Of a DNA stretch of 64,000 bases, positions 35,725-44,607 are shown piece by piece (the first letter of the stretch is position 1; each line of letters begins with the position of its first letter). Source of the DNA: Actinomycetes bacterium (GTDB taxonomy: Bacteria; Actinomycetota; Acidimicrobiia; Acidimicrobiales; JAKAVM01). The position numbers and the translations under genes were made by a program. The stretch spans positions 7,084-71,083 of the forward strand of contig JAKAVM010000052.1 in the NCBI GenBank assembly GCA_021827485.1, written 5' to 3'. The notes beneath the pieces are model-generated. The model ran no database searches. It saw only the letters and a list, made by a program, of their open reading frames with translations, and was not told where the DNA came from.

Positions 35725-36309
35725 GTGGAGTCGTTATTGCCGGGAAAGGAGTGGACAACGGGTTCTTTGAACGAAAATATTGAAAGATTAACTCAGATTG
35801 ATGCCGTCGCTGAAGACGTCGTACGAAACGAGCATAATAATTTTATCGTAGTCGGAGTAGATGGAACTCCAGGTTCGCTCCAAGCTCTTGCATGGGCAGC
35901 CAGTGAGGCAAAACTTCGAGGCGCAAAATTGCTAGCAGTAAGGGTGTGGCATTTCCCTGTTACTGCGTCCGGAATGCTTTTTGATGATTCTATCGCACGC
36001 TTGGAAAAGGAGGAGGAGGAGGAACTAAAACTAGATATACACGATGTATTGGGAGACGAATCCCAGTTAGAGGTTGAAACCCTAGTTGTTAGTGGCGCCA
36101 CCTCAAAAATGCTCTTTTCTACAGCATTAGGAGCCCAACTTCTTGTGATTGGCTCGAAAGGACATAGGGGATTTACCAATGCAGTTGTGGGATCCGTCAG
36201 CTCTCAGGTAACCCACTACGCACCTTGTCCTGTCGTCATCGTACCGATGAATGCCAATTCACAAATAAAGCCGAACGCCGCCCACTCCGCACTCGGCGGC
36301 GTCGGATAG
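35725..36309 (+). CDS. Universal stress protein (UspA family)
   Basis: NFIVVGVDGTPGSLQALAWAASEAKLRGAKLLAVRVW and LVIGSKGHRGFTNAVVGSVSSQVTHYAPCPVVIV. Confidence 0.8.
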   Translation: MESLLPGKEWTTGSLNENIERLTQIDAVAEDVVRNEHNNFIVVGVDGTPGSLQALAWAASEAKLRGAKLLAVRVWHFPVTASGMLFDDSIARLEKEEEEELKLDIHDVLGDESQLEVETLVVSGATSKMLFSTALGAQLLVIGSKGHRGFTNAVVGSVSSQVTHYAPCPVVIVPMNANSQIKPNAAHSALGGVG

Positions 36310-36439
36310 GACGGACACATTCCAGTGTGACGAATGCACAGATCGTGGCCCCTCCCACCAACCGCTGCGATCTGTTTTTTCCACTGAGATGTGATCAGTT
36401 CGTCTACTGAATAAGTAGCGAACTTCCGTCCGACCAGCG

Positions 36440-36481
36440 AGAGTACCTGTTGCCGCAATGGCGACAGGTACTCTTTCGTTT
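36440..36481 (+). terminator. Rho-independent terminator downstream of the usp gene
   Basis: The perfect stem agagtacctgt / acaggtactct is extended by gcc/ggc to about 15 bp with a 5-nt loop. It is followed by ttcgttt. Confidence 0.7.
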
Positions 36482-36602
36482 AATTACGACTTTTCTGGAG
36501 ATTGCGCATGTCCCCGTTGAAGTATCGACTGTTTTGCTTACTCAGGCACCGTCCGCCTAAGCATTTTGGGGATTGCAGGCCCCTTGTTCAAGGTATCGAC
36601 GG

Positions 36603-37973
36603 CTAACTTCCTGAGAGCGAAATATCAGAAATGGCCATGGTTACTCCTACTGACGGCCCTGGAAGCCACTCTTGATCGTTGCCAATTCCCACAATCCCAA
36701 GAAGCATTTTCTGGATTGTACTTGCAATAGTTGCTTCTTTGATCGGTGAACCAATCGTACCATTCCTAATCATGAGTCCTTCAGCTCCAACCGAAAAATC
36801 ACCACTAATAGGATTGACCCCAGAATGAACGCCCGAGATCGAGCATACTAAGACCCCTTCATCTATGCCGGCTACGATATCATCGGGCGACTCTAAGCCC
36901 GGCTTGCAGTTGACCGCGCGAAAGCCAACGCCCGGAGTCGATGCAAACCCCGCTCGTGAAGCAGATGCAGTTGAAGAAACTTTAGCTCTCCTAGCCGAAT
37001 AAGTATCGTACAAATAACCTCGAAGAACTCCATTCTCGATCAAGGTAACTGGTCGACACGCCAAACCCTCTGCATCAAATCTCGAGGCAAGATAAGCAAG
37101 GGGATTTGTAGGATCCTCTACCAGTGTAAGCGACTCAGCACCTACGGTCTCTGAGATGCGACCGGCAAAAAGTGACCGGCCTTTCTCGACCGCATCACCC
37201 GACAGTGTCCCCACGACAATTGATAGAAAAGTCGCTGCTACCCTTGGGTCCAAGACTACCGTTAGCCTATTAGATTTGGGCTTTACAGCTCCCAATAGTC
37301 GTGTTGACCTTTCAATTGTGTCTTTACCGGCCTCTTCAATGCTCAGATTGTCCGGAGCCCTACCAACGCTGAAACCTCCTCCAGTCCGAACATCTCCATC
37401 CTGCTCGGCTAACGCGTGGGCGGTTAGAAATGCTCCGGTCCCTCGGCTTGATGCTTTCATACCTGTGGTCGAGGCGAGAGCTGCCTCCCAGGCTACGTCT
37501 GCATAGTTTGACGACTCAACTTTCTGGATACGCGAATCACCATTCAAGATAACTTTTTCCAGTTCGAGTGCAAGCCCAACTTTCAGTTTGGTCGGTGTAT
37601 CGAGCACCCCACCATCCCAAAGTTCTAAATCGACGGGGAAAACACCATCTGGCTCAGGAAGACCAATGTACTCATCGTAGGTTGCAAATTCAAGATTATC
37701 GCGCGCCTCTTCGAGAACTTCTCTAAGGGCACTCTCGTCAAGGGTTTGGGCGTATGCAAAACCTTGGCGGCCATTCTTTATTACCCGCACACCCAGCCCA
37801 GAGGACTCCGCTTGAGTTAGGTATTCAACTTTGCCTTCATATACTCGAACGTCAAGCTCTCTATCCCAACTAGCGAAGGCCTCAACCTGTTCGTCATTTC
37901 CGGCCCACGAGACTACTTTATCAACCACCTTATCTAGTTCAACCATTGGAGGTCCCACCAATTGTGATTTCAC
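36603..37973 (-). CDS. pmbA: TldD/PmbA-family metallopeptidase, PmbA-like subunit
   Basis: 456 aa and adjacent to tldD. The likely start is ATG 37946 (MVELDK), which overlaps the tldD stop as ATGGTTGA. Confidence 0.75.
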   Translation of the reverse strand: MKSQLVGPPMVELDKVVDKVVSWAGNDEQVEAFASWDRELDVRVYEGKVEYLTQAESSGLGVRVIKNGRQGFAYAQTLDESALREVLEEARDNLEFATYDEYIGLPEPDGVFPVDLELWDGGVLDTPTKLKVGLALELEKVILNGDSRIQKVESSNYADVAWEAALASTTGMKASSRGTGAFLTAHALAEQDGDVRTGGGFSVGRAPDNLSIEEAGKDTIERSTRLLGAVKPKSNRLTVVLDPRVAATFLSIVVGTLSGDAVEKGRSLFAGRISETVGAESLTLVEDPTNPLAYLASRFDAEGLACRPVTLIENGVLRGYLYDTYSARRAKVSSTASASRAGFASTPGVGFRAVNCKPGLESPDDIVAGIDEGVLVCSISGVHSGVNPISGDFSVGAEGLMIRNGTIGSPIKEATIASTIQKMLLGIVGIGNDQEWLPGPSVGVTMAISDISLSGS

Positions 37974-39342
37974 TAATTCTCAATGTCGGTTGTCCGCAGC
38001 CTACCGGTACCTGTTGACCGTCCTTGCCGCAAGTTCCTGGAGTAGTAGCAAAATCATCGGCAATACAGTCAACCTTTTTGAGAATTTCTGGACCATTTCC
38101 TATCAAGTTCGCGTCACGCAGGGGAGTCGTGATTTGTCCATCTTCTATCAAATAAGCCTCAACCATTCCGAATACAAAATCTCCTGTTGCGGTATCTACC
38201 TGGCCCCCGCCAAGTTTGGCGACATAAATGCCGTGATCTGTATCGGAAATGATATCTTCTGCCTTACTGGTTCCTCCGAGGATGTATGTATTGGTCATCC
38301 TAACCATCGGAAGATGTTGATAGCTCTGCCTTCGACCGTTACCCGAAGAGTCTCTGCCCTGCCTCGACGCCCTACATCCATCCCACATGTAGTCAACCAA
38401 CAGTCCGTTTTCTATCAATACATTTCTGCAGGCTGGCTTGCCTTCGTCATCAATACTGTAAGTTCCCCATTCACCTGAAACAGTACCGTCATCGACAAGA
38501 GTTACAAGATCACTTGCAACTAGTTCACCAATACGATTGGCGTATACAGAAGTCCCTTTTACGATATGGTCAGCTTCCAGCCCATGTCCACAAGCTTCGT
38601 GGAATAGTATTCCCCCTGATCCTCCTTTGATCACTACTGGCATCGGGCCCGTCGGCGCTGGCTTCGCACTAAGCTTACGTATTGCTCGCTCTGCGGCCAA
38701 CCGAGCAAGCTCTTCAACGTCAACTTCTTCAAAGTGCTCAAATCCCCTAGTACTAGCAGCTACCTCGAAACCCATTTGCATCCCAGTATCGCCTACGGCG
38801 ACACAAGACACCATAAATCTTGTACGCACTTGATCATCAGTCGCCCAAAGGCCATTTGAGTTGGCAACCAATATCTTTCTACGACTATCTGCATATCCAC
38901 AAGAAACTTGCGCTATATCGCCTCCTTGCGCTCTTGCACTCTTGTTCGCAAGCTCTAGCAACCTAACCTTATCAGCCTTAGCAACACTTTCAGGCCACAT
39001 AATCGATCCACCAGGGACTCTTGGATCTGCTTTACTTTGCCAGTGCAAATCCACCGAAAGTGACTTACTTTCTTGACTATCAATTGCAATAGAAGAAGCT
39101 GCCTCTGCTGCCTTGAAAAGTGCTTGCTTTGAGAACTCACTCGTATAGGCATATCCGGTAGTTTCACCACGGATAGCCCTAACCCCAACCCCGCGATCCC
39201 TCCCGGAGGATAACTCTTCAACTTTGCCATCATCAAAACCGGCAGCCATTCCCCTCTTGTCTTCGGCAAAGAGCTCTACGAACTCCGCACCTCGAGACAA
39301 GGCAAGGTTGATTGTTTCCTGTGCTAAGTCTTGATCTATCAT
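37939..39342 (-). CDS. tldD: Metalloprotease TldD
   Basis: GGSGGILFHEACGHGLEADH is the HExxxH motif typical of TldD. The protein is 467 aa. Confidence 0.85.
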   Translation of the reverse strand: MIDQDLAQETINLALSRGAEFVELFAEDKRGMAAGFDDGKVEELSSGRDRGVGVRAIRGETTGYAYTSEFSKQALFKAAEAASSIAIDSQESKSLSVDLHWQSKADPRVPGGSIMWPESVAKADKVRLLELANKSARAQGGDIAQVSCGYADSRRKILVANSNGLWATDDQVRTRFMVSCVAVGDTGMQMGFEVAASTRGFEHFEEVDVEELARLAAERAIRKLSAKPAPTGPMPVVIKGGSGGILFHEACGHGLEADHIVKGTSVYANRIGELVASDLVTLVDDGTVSGEWGTYSIDDEGKPACRNVLIENGLLVDYMWDGCRASRQGRDSSGNGRRQSYQHLPMVRMTNTYILGGTSKAEDIISDTDHGIYVAKLGGGQVDTATGDFVFGMVEAYLIEDGQITTPLRDANLIGNGPEILKKVDCIADDFATTPGTCGKDGQQVPVGCGQPTLRISEITIGGTSNG

Positions 39343-39428
39343 CTTTCCACCTTATAGTTTTTCCCCTAACGATGCCTTTGTAGCAAGTAACTTTTGAACT
39401 TATAGTTAAATTGTCCTAGTTTTAGCGT

Positions 39429-39848
39429 GTGGATAAAGTTAGTGGCCAATCCTCGGATAATAAAATTTCAGTGGCTCAAGTGCAGCCCGGAATAACCTAC
39501 CAATTTTCTCATAAAGTTTCCGAAGCTGATACCGCTATTGCCCATAACTCGGGGTCCGTACCAGTCCTTGCCACCCCCAAAGTCGTCGCACTGTGCGAGT
39601 ACGCATGTTGTGAAGCAATAAGTAGTTATCTCCAAGAGGACTACACCACGGTGGGATCACATGTCGATATAAATCATCTTGCACCTAGCAGTGTCGGCGA
39701 TGATGTGGAGATCGAAGTACAAGTTTCAAAAGTTGATGGTCGCAAATTTGTCTTTACTGTATCGGTATCCGACCACAAAGGAACCGCTGCATTTGGTACC
39801 ATGACCAGAGTTATGGTCAACCGAGACAGTTTTCTTTCAAGACTCTAA
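39429..39848 (+). CDS. Hotdog-fold thioesterase (FlK-like family)
   Basis: VSEADTAIAHNSGSVPVLATPKVVALCEYACCEAI..GSHVDINHLAPSSVGDDVEIEV..DGRKFVF. Confidence 0.6.
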   Translation: MDKVSGQSSDNKISVAQVQPGITYQFSHKVSEADTAIAHNSGSVPVLATPKVVALCEYACCEAISSYLQEDYTTVGSHVDINHLAPSSVGDDVEIEVQVSKVDGRKFVFTVSVSDHKGTAAFGTMTRVMVNRDSFLSRL

Positions 39849-39874
39849 GAAAATCTTGCTAGACCTGGCCGCGA

Positions 39875-41584
39875 CTATGCCAAGTTTGAACTTCGCGGAT
39901 AGACAATATTGGGATCGGTTATCACGTTCACCAAATATGGAACTCCTGAATCAAATCCTCTGGTAATTGCCTCCCCAATCATATTGGGATCGCGTACTAT
40001 CTCGCCCGCTCCACCAAGCGCTGTGATAATTTGGTCATATCGGCACTCACTTTGGAGGTCTGCCGCCACATCATAGCCATATAGGGCCTTCATCGGATGC
40101 TTTTCAAGTCCCCAGATCCCGTTGTTGCCGACCACCATTACTACCGGCAGTTTCAATCTTACCAATGAATCTACATCCATCGCTGAGAATCCAAAAGCCC
40201 CATCGCCTATCACGCCGACTACTTGACGGGTTGGGTGGGCGATCCTTGCCGCCATTAGATAACCCATTGAAGTCCCTAGACAACCATACGGCCCCGGATC
40301 AAGCCAACACCCAGGCTCGTATGATCTTACATACTTACCGGCGAATGAAACAAAATCACCACCGTCACCAACGACTATGGCATCTCGATCCAAAATACCG
40401 GCAAGCTCTCTAAATATCCTCACTGGATGGATCGGTATTGTGCCTCCCCCATCAATTTCAGAGTCAGATTCCAACTCCTTACTTTCGAGTTCGCGCAGCT
40501 CTGTCGCCCAATCTTGTCGATCCTTGTGTGCCAGCGAAGAATTTGCGAAGCTAGCTACATAGCGCTCTGCGTCCTCAAGTAGTTGAATCAAAGTTGTTTT
40601 GATGTCTCCATGCAATGTAATAACATTTTCAAGGTGGTTAGCTTTACGAGAATAGTGATCAACGATATGTACAACTTGTGCATCGCCAAACCTCCCGAAA
40701 GAAAGCCGAAAGTCCAGTGGCGTCCCAACCACGACTACAAGTTCAGCTTGAGCCAGCATTGAGCGAGTGCGAGTCAGGCATAAAGGGTGGTCAAAGCTCA
40801 GAATCCCTCGACCTTGACCATTGAGGAAAGTTGGAATTTGAAATCGTTCGACTAAGACCTTGAGTTGGTCCTCTGCGCTCCCCATCCATACGTCGCCTCC
40901 GGCCACTAAGAGAGGTTTGCGCGAGGAAACAATCAGTCGGGCAACTTCTTCGATTGATCGAATAGCAGTTTGATCTTGCTCTGCATTTATCGATTGTGAA
41001 ACGTTGACTTTCTCACCCCAACTTTCCGGAATCTGTGATCTAGAAAATATCCCATTAGAATAAATCACATCGATTGGTATGTCCACAAATGTCGGCCCAC
41101 GATGAACTGCCATAGCTTCATTACACGCGTTTTCCACTAGTGGAAATATCTCGGAAGTGTTAGTTGCTGTGTACGCGGATTTTGTGATTGGAGATATGAA
41201 AGGGATGTGATCTATCTCTTGTAACGAACCTTGCCCCCACCTCGCTTGGGGAGAACGTCCGGCAATAACCACAAGAGGTGAACCATTGAATTGAGCACTG
41301 GCAATCGCGGACATCGAATTTGTAACACCAGGTCCCGCAGTAACAACACAGACACCTGGGCGGCGCAACAACTTAGCGATGCCTTCAGCCCCAAAAGCCG
41401 CGCTCTGTTCATGGCGAACGTCATAGATTGGTAAGTGACTCTTTACACATGCGTCGTAGATTGGAAAGACATGACCACCTGACAGAGTAAAGATCTCGTT
41501 TACGCCCCATTGTTGTAAGGCTGAGACTACAAGTTGTCCCCCGTGGCCTTCGGCGTAATCTAGTGAGTTTGTTGGAATATTCAT
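39875..41584 (-). CDS. Thiamine-pyrophosphate-dependent enzyme (acetolactate synthase large-subunit-like)
   Basis: The N-terminal Pyr domain is GGHVFPIYDAC..RHEQSAAFGAEG. The TPP-binding motif is GDGAFGFSAMDVDSLVRLKLPVVMVVGNNGIW. Confidence 0.75.
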   Translation of the reverse strand: MNIPTNSLDYAEGHGGQLVVSALQQWGVNEIFTLSGGHVFPIYDACVKSHLPIYDVRHEQSAAFGAEGIAKLLRRPGVCVVTAGPGVTNSMSAIASAQFNGSPLVVIAGRSPQARWGQGSLQEIDHIPFISPITKSAYTATNTSEIFPLVENACNEAMAVHRGPTFVDIPIDVIYSNGIFSRSQIPESWGEKVNVSQSINAEQDQTAIRSIEEVARLIVSSRKPLLVAGGDVWMGSAEDQLKVLVERFQIPTFLNGQGRGILSFDHPLCLTRTRSMLAQAELVVVVGTPLDFRLSFGRFGDAQVVHIVDHYSRKANHLENVITLHGDIKTTLIQLLEDAERYVASFANSSLAHKDRQDWATELRELESKELESDSEIDGGGTIPIHPVRIFRELAGILDRDAIVVGDGGDFVSFAGKYVRSYEPGCWLDPGPYGCLGTSMGYLMAARIAHPTRQVVGVIGDGAFGFSAMDVDSLVRLKLPVVMVVGNNGIWGLEKHPMKALYGYDVAADLQSECRYDQIITALGGAGEIVRDPNMIGEAITRGFDSGVPYLVNVITDPNIVYPRSSNLA

Positions 41585-41896
41585 ATACCTTACTCATCCT
41601 ATTTGACTTGCCAGCAGGGAAACAGTTACTACTCTAAGTGATCTTTTAATGATGCCTAGGCCCTCCCGAGCGGGGGAAATATAATTATTGGAACTAGCCG
41701 ATGCCATTTTGAGGCACAAATGGTGCCTAGGGGGATGCCAGCCATGCATAACTACGAAAAGTCTGACAGAATCGTTAATATTGTTGTTAGGTTGCTCTGC
41801 CAGGAAAGAAAATTCTAGTTGAGCAGCCATAACTGGCTCGGGCTACCAAGTAATTAGCAAAGTTCCCGTCCAGGTTTTCAGAGAATAAGGTGCAAA

Positions 41897-43867
41897 GTGT
41901 TACTTGAATCGATAAAAGGCCCTGCTGATATAAAGCAGTTATCCCATGCGGAATTGACCACCCTATGTAGTGACATCCGTTCTTTTATAGTTGATTCAGT
42001 TTCAAAAACTGGTGGACACCTAGGGTCCAATCTAGGAGTAGTTGAACTGACCATTGCCCTCCACAGAGTCTTTGATTCACCGCGTGACATCATTTTATGG
42101 GATACAGGTCATCAAGCATACGTTCACAAAATACTTACTGGAAGAGCCGATCAATTCAAATCACTAAGACAAGAACACGGCATGTCAGGCTATCCTAACC
42201 GAAAAGAATCTGAACACGATTGGGTTGAGAACAGTCATGCCTCCACCATTCTCTCCTATGCACATGGCTTGTCCGCAGCATTGACAATCAAGTCGCAGAT
42301 TGACTCTAGCTCTCAGGTCAACAAAGAAGACAATAGCCAAATCCGTGAAGAGCAACGTCACGTCGTTGCTCTTATTGGTGATGGAGCATTGACAGGCGGA
42401 ATGGCCTACGAAGCACTTAATAATCTTGGACACAGTAAAAGTAAGTGCATAATCATACTCAACGACAACGGTCGCTCGTACGCTCCCACGATATCACGGC
42501 TCTCGGAAAGTATAACCAAACTTCGACTCAACCCTTCGTATGTTCACACTCGCCAAAAACTACGTCAAATGCTACGAGATCTCCCCGCCGTAGGTGGCAT
42601 AGCTTATACTAGCGTTCATGGGCTGACGGCAGCCCTCAGAGAGATGGTCGAGCCACATGTATTCTTTGAAGCACTCGGAGTACGATATACTGGACCAATT
42701 GACGGTCATGACATAGAGGGGATGGAGCACGCATTCAACAATGCAAAAGAGTGGGAAGATGGCCCAATAGTAGTCCATGTCTTGACCGAGAAAGGTCATG
42801 GTTATGGCCCTGCCGTTGAAGATGAAGTCCAACGTCTGCACGACCTGAAAGTTTCTCCAACTGGCAAAGCCTCCATAAATCCGATAACAGAACGGGCCTC
42901 CTATACTGAAGCTTTCTCCGATGCCCTGGTCAACAGTGCTTCGATAGATGAGAGAATCGTGGCAATTACAGCAGCCATGCCGGGACCTACTGGATTACTC
43001 AAATTCCAAGAGAAGTTCCCGGATCGTTTTTTTGATGTTGGTATTGCAGAGCAACATGCCGTGACTTGTGCCGCTGGAATGGCGATGGGTGGCCTCAAAC
43101 CAGTGTTCTGTGTTTATTCAACCTTTTTTTCTCGTGCTTTTGATCAGGCAAATCTCGATGTCGCGATGCATGGGCTACCGGTAATTTTTGTACTTGATCG
43201 GGCTGGGATCACGGGAGACGACGGACCTAGCCACCATGGAATCCTTGACCTTTCTTTGTGTTTAGCAATTGCCGATATGACAATTTTTGCGCCTTCATCA
43301 ATTGGTGAACTTCCGAATATGTTGCAAAGTGCACTTGGACTCAATGGGCCATCAGCTATTAGGTTTCCCAAGACTCTTGGACCAATTCTTCCACTTGAGC
43401 AAATTGGAAACGGACTAGATGCGCGCAAAGTCACCTCTCCGTACCAAACAAACTCACCTAGTCTTAGCGATTGCGCAATAATTGCAATTGGAAAGATGGT
43501 TGAACCGGCTATTGAGGCGGTATCCATCCTATCTGCCGAAGGAATTAGCTGCACTCTCTGGGATCCAAGAGTGATCCGACCTGCAGACCCTGAAATGATA
43601 GCTGATGTTCGCCGACACCGATGCATAATTACCATTGAAGATGGAATCCAAGTGGGAGGAGCAGGTGCATACTTATCTACTTTGATAATGAATAGTTGTG
43701 ATCCTTCAGCAGTACCAGCAATACGAAACCTTGGTGTACCTGGGGCCTATATTCCACATGCCAAGCCTGACGCGATTCTTGCGGACCTTGGACTGGATGC
43801 TATAGGAATTGCTAACTCTGTTCGCGAACTGCATTTGAACATCCAGCGCTCAAATATGAGTAATTGA
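41897..43867 (+). CDS. dxs: 1-deoxy-D-xylulose-5-phosphate synthase
   Basis: SKTGGHLGSNLGVVELTIALHRVFDSPRDIILWDTGHQAYVHKILTGR, IGDGALTGGMAYEALN, GIAEQHAVT. The start is GTG behind aaggtg. Confidence 0.9.
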   Translation: MLLESIKGPADIKQLSHAELTTLCSDIRSFIVDSVSKTGGHLGSNLGVVELTIALHRVFDSPRDIILWDTGHQAYVHKILTGRADQFKSLRQEHGMSGYPNRKESEHDWVENSHASTILSYAHGLSAALTIKSQIDSSSQVNKEDNSQIREEQRHVVALIGDGALTGGMAYEALNNLGHSKSKCIIILNDNGRSYAPTISRLSESITKLRLNPSYVHTRQKLRQMLRDLPAVGGIAYTSVHGLTAALREMVEPHVFFEALGVRYTGPIDGHDIEGMEHAFNNAKEWEDGPIVVHVLTEKGHGYGPAVEDEVQRLHDLKVSPTGKASINPITERASYTEAFSDALVNSASIDERIVAITAAMPGPTGLLKFQEKFPDRFFDVGIAEQHAVTCAAGMAMGGLKPVFCVYSTFFSRAFDQANLDVAMHGLPVIFVLDRAGITGDDGPSHHGILDLSLCLAIADMTIFAPSSIGELPNMLQSALGLNGPSAIRFPKTLGPILPLEQIGNGLDARKVTSPYQTNSPSLSDCAIIAIGKMVEPAIEAVSILSAEGISCTLWDPRVIRPADPEMIADVRRHRCIITIEDGIQVGGAGAYLSTLIMNSCDPSAVPAIRNLGVPGAYIPHAKPDAILADLGLDAIGIANSVRELHLNIQRSNMSN

Positions 43868-43885
43868 TTATCATATTACGTTTCG

Positions 43886-44512
43886 ATGACCAGAGAACTA
43901 GCGGATTTTTTCAATGTATCGGCAACCGCTATTTTGACTATGGAAATCCAAGCGGGCACAATAGGAGAGTTGTCACCTTTCCCTGAGTTAGTAAGAGCAG
44001 CACAAGATAGTAACTTGCTTGCAAATGTCGGCTCCCTCTTGGATGCTGGGAGAAAGAGCAACGTCAAGGTAGTCCACTGTACGGCCAGCTTTCGCTCGGA
44101 TCTTAGAGGATCCATGACGAACGCTCCGCTCCTCAGGGCTATGACTCGCAAACCCGAACACATCCTTGAGAATACTCCCGGTTCTCTGGTTTGCAAAGAA
44201 ATCCTTCACCAGGAGTATGACTTAGTTTCAAATCGCTATCATGGAGTTTCACCTTTCACAGGAACCAAGCTTGACTCATTACTTTCCGATTTAGGTATCA
44301 CAACGGTCGTGGCTACAGGTGTATCGTTAAACGTTGCAATACTAGGTTTAGCTATCGAAGCGGTGAACCTTGGGTACAATGTCATACTTCCAGTTGACTG
44401 TGTCGCCGGATTCCCTGAGCAATACGCTCAGCAGCTCATAGAGCGGACCTTATCCTTGTTGTGCTTCATAACTACCAGCAAAGAAATAATTGATTTTCTA
44501 AACACGCGTTAA
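43886..44512 (+). CDS. Isochorismatase-family cysteine hydrolase
   Basis: TTVVATGVSLNVAILGLAIEAVNLGYNVILPVDCVAG. Confidence 0.7.
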   Translation: MTRELADFFNVSATAILTMEIQAGTIGELSPFPELVRAAQDSNLLANVGSLLDAGRKSNVKVVHCTASFRSDLRGSMTNAPLLRAMTRKPEHILENTPGSLVCKEILHQEYDLVSNRYHGVSPFTGTKLDSLLSDLGITTVVATGVSLNVAILGLAIEAVNLGYNVILPVDCVAGFPEQYAQQLIERTLSLLCFITTSKEIIDFLNTR

Positions 44513-44607
44513 GCAAAGGTTAGCTAGTCCGTTATCAATCAACCACTAAGCTAGATCAATCGAACCCATCAATTGGTTGGGTCTATCAACTAGATCAACT
44601 GGCTCAA

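Noticed and set aside
41585-41896. A 312-bp divergent intergenic region upstream of dxs. GATGCC occurs three times, GCCTAGG twice, and there are alternative hairpins (ccattt/aaatgg and ggcac/gtgcc). I considered a riboswitch or attenuator.
   Set aside because: I can match no known riboswitch consensus (TPP, cobalamin or SAM) by eye. The hairpins are short. It could simply hold two divergent promoters. It is worth a cmsearch, but I cannot support a call.
44513-44607. An 'atcaa'-rich convergent intergenic region with reiterated ctagatcaa and caatcaacca, and an imperfect hairpin acccatcaa/ttggttgggt
   Set aside because: It has low information content, the imperfect stem has a bulge, and there is no T-tract. 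It is probably a weak bidirectional terminator or simple-sequence drift, and I cannot support more.
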